Assembly: GCA_038253825.1 (NCBI GenBank)
Contig: JBBSGT010000003.1
Span: 463-64,462 of the forward strand
DNA length: 64,000 bases
Source: Candidatus Levyibacteriota bacterium
GTDB lineage: Bacteria > Patescibacteriota > Microgenomatia > Levybacterales > UBA12049
Direction of reading: 5' to 3'
Positions 51,972 through 58,846 of the stretch are shown piece after piece. The notes below the pieces were generated by a model. It ran no database searches. It had not been told where the DNA came from and saw only the letters and a list, made by a program, of their open reading frames with translations. A program made the position numbers and the translations under genes. Each line of letters opens with the position of its first letter. Positions within the stretch are counted from its first letter, which is position 1.

Positions 51972-52091
51972 TACGCCAGTTTTATAGCTACATTGCGATA
52001 AATATAGCTTCGCAGCTTTAGTCGCTAATAAAACGTTTTTGTCGCACATTACCAAAACTTATAGTGACATTGCAGACTGAGCAAAGTCTAA

Positions 52092-52157
52092 CCTTATGGA
52101 AGTCTTCATGACTCTCCTAGAGGAATGTCTACTATTAGCAGAAAGGAGGAGAAATTG
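52092..52157 (+). ncRNA. Candidate structured cis-RNA motif, copy 1
   Basis: Four mini-hairpins ending in TAGCAGAAAGGAG; repeated at 52255-52320 with compensatory changes. Confidence 0.5.
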
Positions 52158-52241
52158 TCCATTAGAAGTTTAATTTGTTGGATAATAATATTCGCTGGAT
52201 CGGTTTTTATATGGGTATTTACTTACGTCAAGTGGTTCTAA
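52155..52241 (+). CDS. Unannotated 28-aa single-TM peptide
   Basis: AGGAGG 5 nt before TTG; MSIRSLICWIIIFAGSVFIWVFTYVKWF*. Confidence 0.6.
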   Translation: MSIRSLICWIIIFAGSVFIWVFTYVKWF

Positions 52242-52254
52242 AACCACCCATCTT

Positions 52255-52320
52255 CCTTTAGGGATCATCAAGATCTCTCTAGGAGAATATGTCTGCCTAG
52301 CAGAAAGGAGAAGAATTTTG
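52255..52320 (+). ncRNA. Candidate structured cis-RNA motif, copy 2
   Basis: cctttagg gatc-atcaa-gatc tctc-tag-gaga atatg tctgc-cta-gcaga aaggag. Confidence 0.5.
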
Positions 52321-52379
52321 GTTTGAAGGCCGAAGTCAAGTTTTGATCTGTCAGATTTTCAAATCATCTGGAGGTAGAA

Positions 52380-52877
52380 GTGTCTTTTCAGAAAGTTCTT
52401 GTCCGAGCGGGAATTGCACTAGGTGTAGTTCTCTCAGCAGTCTTACTGTTGTTTTTCATCGCCCCTCAAGGTGAGGCTGTAACTGTGAGCAATCAGCAAT
52501 ACAGTATTAATGTCTCAGCAACGAGTGGATGGCAAGGAGCAATACTCATTCCTGCGGGGTTCCGTTATTCAATTTCTGCACCACAAAGTGGTCAGTATTG
52601 GACGGTCGATTACAGATCCCTCGGGAAGACAGCAGCATTCGGGTATCCTGAAGGACAGGTTTGGGGAGGTAATCCTTCATGCAAGTACGCACAGGGGGAT
52701 CCCTATGCGATGTTGTTGGTCAAGTTCAACGGTGATGTACAACGCTACGATGATTTCGATGGTTTGTCCTCATCGTTTGACCGAGTCGTGTCGTTCCGCA
52801 TCAACGATGCCAACAACTGTCTGGAAGACAACGCAGGAGCACTTCCTGTCACCGTTACGGTAACCCCAGCTGGTTAA
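52380..52877 (+). CDS. Secreted LecA/PA-IL-like lectin
   Basis: Signal peptide; V.A..GWQ, W...GY, C..P..LL.K, RIND...LEDNAG...VTV aligning by eye to LecA YND...GNNSG...V.I; GGAGGT SD and GTG start. Confidence 0.6.
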   Translation: MSFQKVLVRAGIALGVVLSAVLLLFFIAPQGEAVTVSNQQYSINVSATSGWQGAILIPAGFRYSISAPQSGQYWTVDYRSLGKTAAFGYPEGQVWGGNPSCKYAQGDPYAMLLVKFNGDVQRYDDFDGLSSSFDRVVSFRINDANNCLEDNAGALPVTVTVTPAG

Positions 52878-52951
52878 AATACCAGACGCATGCGCAACAG
52901 TTAGGAGGTTTCTGACCTTACCAATTTCTCTCACCTTTGGGGGTGATGTGT

Positions 52952-53011
52952 AAAAAGCGGGTAGGTTATCTACTATTGTCTCACAAAGACAAAAATTTAT
53001 AACCTACCCGC
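52952..53011 (-). terminator. Intrinsic terminator between convergent genes
   Basis: 13-bp perfect stem gcgggtaggttat (52957-52969)/ataacctacccgc (52999-53011), inner ttgtct/agacaa; A5 at 52952-52956 gives a U-tail on the minus strand. Confidence 0.75.
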
Positions 53012-53030
53012 CCACACACTTTAAAAAAAT

Positions 53031-53669
53031 TTAATGGAATCCGAACATGCCGATTAAGGCTTTGAGGAAAAGAAGAAGAAGCGTTAAGATACTTGTCGCA
53101 TTACTAGTGGATCCACTACTAGGAGTAAGCGAGAGATTTGGAATTATAGGGGAAGGTGATGCTGCAATTGACGCCCCAGGTGAAATACATGAAGCCCCCA
53201 GACATTGTGGACTCGGCACAACAGTCACGGTAGGAGATGGTGATGGTACTTTTGTGGCAATTGGAGCAGGTGAAGTAGCAGGCGCAGGACTTGTCGTCGT
53301 ATTTGTCGTATTGGTAGTCGTGTTTGTCGCAGTTGCTGAACAAATATCACCGACATAGTTTGGATCTAAATAGGTTGTTGCGCCACTTGTATGAGAAGAC
53401 GGTACGACAGACGTAACATCACTTCCACATGGATGCCCCTGATGAGGTGAGCCTCGACTTCCTTTTTCGTAGATTTTATTACTTAGAATATAGAGACAAC
53501 GGGTGTCAGATGAGACTTGCGCCTTTGAAAGGCAGGTTTGTCCGTTGGCATGATATTGCACCACATAGAAGATGACAATATTAACTAAAAAGAGTAAAAC
53601 CCAAATATGAAGACCGTATTCAAATAATACTTTTTTCAATGATACTTTTTTTGCTTTTATTTTTGTCAT
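53031..53669 (-). CDS. Membrane-anchored cytochrome b5-like domain protein with Pro/Thr stalk
   Basis: TM; RCLYILSNKIYE..PHQGHPCGSDVT...SH...YVGD; T/P-rich linker; hydrophobic C-tail. Confidence 0.6.
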   Translation of the reverse strand: MTKIKAKKVSLKKVLFEYGLHIWVLLFLVNIVIFYVVQYHANGQTCLSKAQVSSDTRCLYILSNKIYEKGSRGSPHQGHPCGSDVTSVVPSSHTSGATTYLDPNYVGDICSATATNTTTNTTNTTTSPAPATSPAPIATKVPSPSPTVTVVPSPQCLGASCISPGASIAASPSPIIPNLSLTPSSGSTSNATSILTLLLLFLKALIGMFGFH

Positions 53670-53748
53670 TTATGCGTTAACCCCACAATTATAATTAAAG
53701 TAACTATTACAGCAAAAAGCAAGAGCGTAATGGCAACTATTTTATTTA

Positions 53749-55047
53749 TCATATCGAAAATTCCTCAGAATGTATACTGCGATCCTTTACTTTTAATTTT
53801 TTCAACTGGTTTTTCATACTTTTCATCATTGGTGGCGGGCCACAAAGAAAGAAATCATACTTTGTCATATCCCCGACAGTCTGAGCTATTGTATCTGCTG
53901 AAAGCCGTCCCTGGGTTTTGGTGTAAAAAGGAATTATTTGTAAGTTCGGATTAACCTGATTAAATTGTACCAAATTTTCCAGATATGCTGCATCATCTTG
54001 GGTTCTGACTGAATAATAAAGGAAGATATGATATTGTGGATCAGTAAGATTTTGCGCCATGCTCAAAAATGGCACGATGCCAATACCTCCTGCTATCCAA
54101 ACCTGGTTAAGATTTTTGTATAACGCATAGTTAAATCTTCCAAACCCTCCTTCAATGACAGCGATATCTCCCACCTGAATATTTGCGAGTGTTTTAGTGT
54201 AATCACCTTCAGCTTTTGCGGAGATCGTTATACTTCCATCAGGAGCGACCGAGCTAACAGAAAAAGGGTGCGTTTCATTGGATACGGATTGGGATTTGAA
54301 GAAAAGATAAATAAATTGTCCTGAAATAACTTTTATGGCTTTATTAAGAGGCGTCATTGCTATTTCTGTGACATTTGATTTCACCAGCGTAACATTACTC
54401 ACGCTATATTTGGTTCTCCGGACTAAAAATCTTCCACCAATGGTTCTATAGAGATAGGCAACAGTGCCAATGCCGACAATGAACAACATATAGTCTTGAA
54501 GTGGTTTAAATCGAGCAATATCACTGGATACATAAAATCCATGGATCGAACCGATGAGAAATACTGCACCCAAAAATTTATGGGTAAAGCGCCAAATGTG
54601 ATAAGGAATCTTGATAAAAAAAGTCAAAACCAATAGTGAAATCATTAACAGTAATCCCGTTAAGCCAAAATTTATTGACCAATCCGGCCCAGGTAACAAA
54701 AATAACGCGGCAGTATTCCATGAAATAGTAATGCGGCTAAAAGCTAAGAGGAGAGGATGGATAAGCAGGAAAATAAATGAGATACCACCAAGCAGGTGAT
54801 GGGCAATATACACTTTGTTCATACCACCGAAAAAATCTTCAAAAACTTCCATGCGAGAACTCAGGACAAGCGAGAGAGAAAACATTGTTATTCCAACAAG
54901 TCCTGCCATTTCCCCAAAACTGATAAATGTGCCATACGCACTATAAAAACGATCTGATAAAGGAAGCAAGGCAAAATACCAGAACAGGAGAGGAGAAAAA
55001 GCTATCAATAGAAGAATTGGCCAGCCCAGTTTTCGTTTTAGTAACAT
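53749..55047 (-). CDS. Ferric-reductase/NOX-like flavocytochrome (FRD TM + FAD + NAD(P)H domains)
   Basis: Heme His pairs AHH...IHP and THK...IHG; HPFSVSS, GDYT, EGGFG, AGGIGIVPF, CGPPPM, EEF. Confidence 0.88.
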   Translation of the reverse strand: MLLKRKLGWPILLLIAFSPLLFWYFALLPLSDRFYSAYGTFISFGEMAGLVGITMFSLSLVLSSRMEVFEDFFGGMNKVYIAHHLLGGISFIFLLIHPLLLAFSRITISWNTAALFLLPGPDWSINFGLTGLLLMISLLVLTFFIKIPYHIWRFTHKFLGAVFLIGSIHGFYVSSDIARFKPLQDYMLFIVGIGTVAYLYRTIGGRFLVRRTKYSVSNVTLVKSNVTEIAMTPLNKAIKVISGQFIYLFFKSQSVSNETHPFSVSSVAPDGSITISAKAEGDYTKTLANIQVGDIAVIEGGFGRFNYALYKNLNQVWIAGGIGIVPFLSMAQNLTDPQYHIFLYYSVRTQDDAAYLENLVQFNQVNPNLQIIPFYTKTQGRLSADTIAQTVGDMTKYDFFLCGPPPMMKSMKNQLKKLKVKDRSIHSEEFSI

Positions 55048-55143
55048 ACCTTTATTGTATGCAATTTATCGGTTCTCAGCAATTTCTTCATTTGTATATT
55101 CGACTTTCTTAATTCTTAGGCTATACTATAATTACGGGCTGTT

Positions 55144-57015
55144 ATGGCTAAAATAAGCAAACATCACAAAAAAAAGCTTACTAAAATCTTTTTTGAGTAT
55201 GGACTACATTTATGGATCGTAGTATTTATCATGAATGTGGCACTGTTTTATGCTGTAAATTTTTACAGTCTAGGAAAAACTTGTATTACTCCGCAACAAG
55301 TCCAATCCGATAATCGATGCCTTTACATCTTAAATGGAAAAGTCTATGAAAAAGGTACGCGTAATGATCCACATCAAGGTCATCCCTGCGGAACTGATGT
55401 CACGTCTGTGCTTCCTCCTTCACATACTAATAATCCGGCTATGTATCTCTTACCCAACTACATTGGAGATGTTTGTTCTGTTCAGCCAACGACTCCGCCA
55501 CCACCCCAACCGACTGCCAAACCAACCAACACTCCCCCCCCTCCTCCGACCCAAGTCCCGGCTCCAACTCGTCAGGCCCCGACGATTGCTATCCCGACTC
55601 CCACTTTTACTCCTACGCCTACGCCACGGCCCCAAGTTGTAGGAGTCACACCAGTATCGACTATAAAGGTTCCTACGCCCACAGTTGCTATTGTCGTAAC
55701 CCGGGCAATTACGCAACCATATACAGCTATTCCAACGAATGCACCATCTCCAACGGTCGCACCATTACTGGGGCCAGGAATCACATTTTCGTTTTCTTTG
55801 CCTGCTATCGGAATCGGCCCAGGTAAGACAACTCCTCTCCATACGACAAGAGCTGTTAATCTTAGTATCTATGATGCTGCAGTTAAGCTCTCGAATTTAA
55901 AATTTTTGCCAACATATACTGCAAGTGCCAGTGCGAACTATGATGCCAATTCCACAAGCGCTACCTATACGCAGTTTGTGGTACAAAGTGCTGATTTGGG
56001 AGCCAATGTTCCGGCTGGTTCCTACCATGTAGCATTTAAAACAAATCAGACGCCGCTTACCCTTATCAAACAAAATAAAACAGATGTACAAGGGACGCTC
56101 TTTCACGTAACTCCTGGTACCATTGCCGCCGAAAAACCCCAAGCAGCAGATATTTTGGTGGGGGATTTAAATGGGGATGATTCTATTACTATTCAGGATT
56201 ATAGTATATTTGTTGATTGCTTCGGTGATAAGTCTTCATCCTCCTCATGCCATGCGCCTAGTGCTGCAGACCTGAATGATGACGGATCAGTGGATGGAGT
56301 AGATTACAATCTTTTGCTCAAAAGTATCAGTATGGCATCTGGTGCCGTCGCGCAAGTACCAACACCAACTGTTCGGACACCGACACCACAGTTAAAGAGC
56401 CAACTCATCAGTACGCCCTCAGCGTCTTCAAGTGGGCTTTCTAAGACGTTACCATCGCCTGCTCCAATGAAGCAATTTGTGACACATCGGTCAGCACCGC
56501 CATCACTTTCTCCGACGACAACTCCAAATAAATCGCTTGTTGCTGATGCAACTATGCTTACATTGAGTAAAGTGCTTTCATACATAGCATTTGTAGTCTT
56601 GTTCGGTGTTGCGGTATTAGGAGCTTACAAAAGTCGGTTATTGAACTCATTCTTCCACCGGGGAGGAGATGCAAAACCTGCTGCACCCCAACCTCAGATG
56701 ACCGCACCAGCAGCACCTACGCAACAACCGCAGCCAGTTCCCGTTGAACAATCACCCGTAGTTCAGGCTCCGCCAGCAGAGAAAAAACAAATTTCAAAAG
56801 TATATTATATTACGAGTGGCACGACAACTCCGGTAAATGGACGCACGATACTGACACTTACTGATGATCAAGGAGCACATGTTGGTTACACGTTACAAAC
56901 TTCCCCGCAAGATGGTTATTATTCGGTAAGTGGTTTTGAGGAAGAAATAGATGGAGTTCCCAGTATTACTATTTTGACACTTACACCGGCTCTAAAACCT
57001 GGTACAAATTTATAA
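55144..57015 (+). CDS. Surface protein: TM + cytochrome b5-like domain + Pro/Thr stalk + beta domain + dockerin-like + TM + cytoplasmic tail
   Basis: RCLYILNGKVYE..PHQGHPCGTDVT...SH...YIGD; PTPT repeats; GDLNGDDSITIQD and ADLNDDGSVDGVD duplicated Ca-loops. Confidence 0.65.
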   Translation: MAKISKHHKKKLTKIFFEYGLHLWIVVFIMNVALFYAVNFYSLGKTCITPQQVQSDNRCLYILNGKVYEKGTRNDPHQGHPCGTDVTSVLPPSHTNNPAMYLLPNYIGDVCSVQPTTPPPPQPTAKPTNTPPPPPTQVPAPTRQAPTIAIPTPTFTPTPTPRPQVVGVTPVSTIKVPTPTVAIVVTRAITQPYTAIPTNAPSPTVAPLLGPGITFSFSLPAIGIGPGKTTPLHTTRAVNLSIYDAAVKLSNLKFLPTYTASASANYDANSTSATYTQFVVQSADLGANVPAGSYHVAFKTNQTPLTLIKQNKTDVQGTLFHVTPGTIAAEKPQAADILVGDLNGDDSITIQDYSIFVDCFGDKSSSSSCHAPSAADLNDDGSVDGVDYNLLLKSISMASGAVAQVPTPTVRTPTPQLKSQLISTPSASSSGLSKTLPSPAPMKQFVTHRSAPPSLSPTTTPNKSLVADATMLTLSKVLSYIAFVVLFGVAVLGAYKSRLLNSFFHRGGDAKPAAPQPQMTAPAAPTQQPQPVPVEQSPVVQAPPAEKKQISKVYYITSGTTTPVNGRTILTLTDDQGAHVGYTLQTSPQDGYYSVSGFEEEIDGVPSITILTLTPALKPGTNL

Positions 57016-57058
57016 TTGCGTACTTGCTAACGCTACAAATATTTTGTACGATATTTAT

Positions 57059-57682
57059 ATGACTAGCTTAGCGCTCCTTTTTGGCCTCATTTGTCTTGTC
57101 CAATTAGTAATGATAATTTTATGGCGCAAACCTAAGAGACTTTTCAAAAACCAAAAGGCCAAGAAATCCGAAATAAGCCATGCCCACATCTTTTTATTTA
57201 TTGGCATGATTTTGTTATACATTCTCTTTTTTATTCAACTCTTTGATTATCACAAGCCACATCCGTTAGTCGACGCGCCTTATGTTCCTACCACCAACTA
57301 TCCTCCGCCTGCTCATAATGTTTTTTCACAACTTGGTGAAAGACAAACAGGTCCGATTGATGATCTGTATTTCCTTTATCTTTCTTCTGATAAATCTCAA
57401 GGGACAGTCACTCAGGTTGCGTGGGGATTGCGACAGGAATATTGTAAAAAACTCTGCATTATTAATCTTTATGATAATAAAACTGCCTTTGAGCGAGATT
57501 TAGAACGAGTGACGATAACAGATCAAGCAAAGATGAAAGAATGGAATAAACAAAACTATGTTTTTGTTGCTGATCATTATCTTGGTTATCTTGATGCGGT
57601 TCAAGATGCGTCTTTTAGCTATTATCCTTTCCATGACAGTTACTACAAACACGCCAAAGCAGGCACACTTACTGATTACTAA
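57059..57682 (+). CDS. Hypothetical two-TM protein with soluble C-domain
   Basis: Start set at ATG 57059 (TTGCTA-17-TACGAT-6-ATG); two hydrophobic helices; CKKLC. Confidence 0.6.
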   Translation: MTSLALLFGLICLVQLVMIILWRKPKRLFKNQKAKKSEISHAHIFLFIGMILLYILFFIQLFDYHKPHPLVDAPYVPTTNYPPPAHNVFSQLGERQTGPIDDLYFLYLSSDKSQGTVTQVAWGLRQEYCKKLCIINLYDNKTAFERDLERVTITDQAKMKEWNKQNYVFVADHYLGYLDAVQDASFSYYPFHDSYYKHAKAGTLTDY

Positions 57683-57715
57683 AAATTCTTCTCTTATTAC
57701 TGCTATACTTTATGC

Positions 57716-58846
57716 ATGAGAATTGGGATTGATGCAAGGCTGTGGCATGAAACCGGTGTCGGTAGATATATCCGTAATTTAGTATGGCAATTAGAACAGT
57801 TTGACAAAAAAAACGATTATGTTTTATTTGTGCAAAAAGGTTTTACCAAACAAGATTTAGGTATTACCAACGAAAGATTTAAACTCATCGAGACTGACAT
57901 CCGCTGGCATACGGTTGATGAACAATTCCTTTTTCATAAAGTGTTAGAAAACGAACTTTTGGATCTTGTTCATTTTCCCTACTTTTCTGTACCAATTCTT
58001 TACAACAAGCCGTTTGTTATCACAATTCATGATTTGATCATAAATCATTTTCCCACCGGCAAAGCTTCCACATTACCCCTGCCGGTATATTATGCAAAAC
58101 GTTTTGCATACCAATATATTCTCAAACAAGCTGCTAAAAAATCCCGAAAAGTGATCGCAGTTTCAGAAGAAACCAAAAAAGAAATTGTGAAGCATCTGAA
58201 CGTTTTACCGAACAAAGTTGCTGTAACCTATGAGGGTGTTGACGATGAATTAAGTAAAAAGCTAAAAGTGAAAAGTGAAAAGTTACCGTTTGTTTTCAAA
58301 AACCAAAAATATTTTCTCTATGTTGGCAACGCTTATCCACACAAAAATATAGAACGTTTAGTGGAAGCGTTTCGATTGGTCGCAAAAGAATATATTGACG
58401 TGAAGCTTTTGCTCGTGGGGAAAAGCAATTATTTTTATGATCGATTGAAAGAAAAAGTAACGCAAATGGGATTAGAAAAAAGCGTACTTTTCTTGGGTAG
58501 GGTGACTGATGAGGAATTAATTGGATTGTATCACCACGCCGAAGCATTAGTTTTCCCATCCCTCATGGAAGGGTTTGGACTGCCGGGTCTGGAGGCGATG
58601 CAAAATGACTGTTTGGTACTTGCTTCAGACATACCGGTTTTTAAAGAAATTTATCAAGATGCTGCTCTTTACTTTAACCCTCGTGAAATTACCTCAATTC
58701 ATGCTACAATACGGCTAGTTCTTACAGAGAAAAAGAGTTTTTCTCATTACATCGAAAAAGGGGAAAAACAAACTGAACCTTTTTCATGGGAGAAAATGGC
58801 ACAAGAAACTTTACATATTTATGAAAGTAGCGTTGGTTTACGATAG
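57716..58846 (+). CDS. GT4 (MtfB-like)
   Basis: MRIGIDAR, TGVGRY, TIHDL, GNAYPHKN, EGFGLPGLEAM. Confidence 0.9.
   Translation: MRIGIDARLWHETGVGRYIRNLVWQLEQFDKKNDYVLFVQKGFTKQDLGITNERFKLIETDIRWHTVDEQFLFHKVLENELLDLVHFPYFSVPILYNKPFVITIHDLIINHFPTGKASTLPLPVYYAKRFAYQYILKQAAKKSRKVIAVSEETKKEIVKHLNVLPNKVAVTYEGVDDELSKKLKVKSEKLPFVFKNQKYFLYVGNAYPHKNIERLVEAFRLVAKEYIDVKLLLVGKSNYFYDRLKEKVTQMGLEKSVLFLGRVTDEELIGLYHHAEALVFPSLMEGFGLPGLEAMQNDCLVLASDIPVFKEIYQDAALYFNPREITSIHATIRLVLTEKKSFSHYIEKGEKQTEPFSWEKMAQETLHIYESSVGLR
58257..58284 (+). repeat. 4 x 7-nt tandem repeat in GT4 linker
   Basis: aaaagct aaaagtg aaaagtg aaaagtt, read as KLKVKSEKL. Confidence 0.7.

Noticed and set aside
52044-52064. gcacattaccaaaacttatag as a boxA-like antiterminator
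   Set aside because: Only loose similarity to boxA and no rRNA context
52092-52320. Two-copy repeat as a mini CRISPR array or attC cassette sites
   Set aside because: Only two divergent copies, the intervening DNA is an SD-led ORF, and there are no cas genes, integrase or RYYYAAC/GTTRRRY ends
55480-55770. Pro/Thr-rich region as a DNA tandem repeat, with overlapping antisense ORFs
   Set aside because: Repetition is at protein level with varied codons; the antisense ORFs result from CCN/ACN bias
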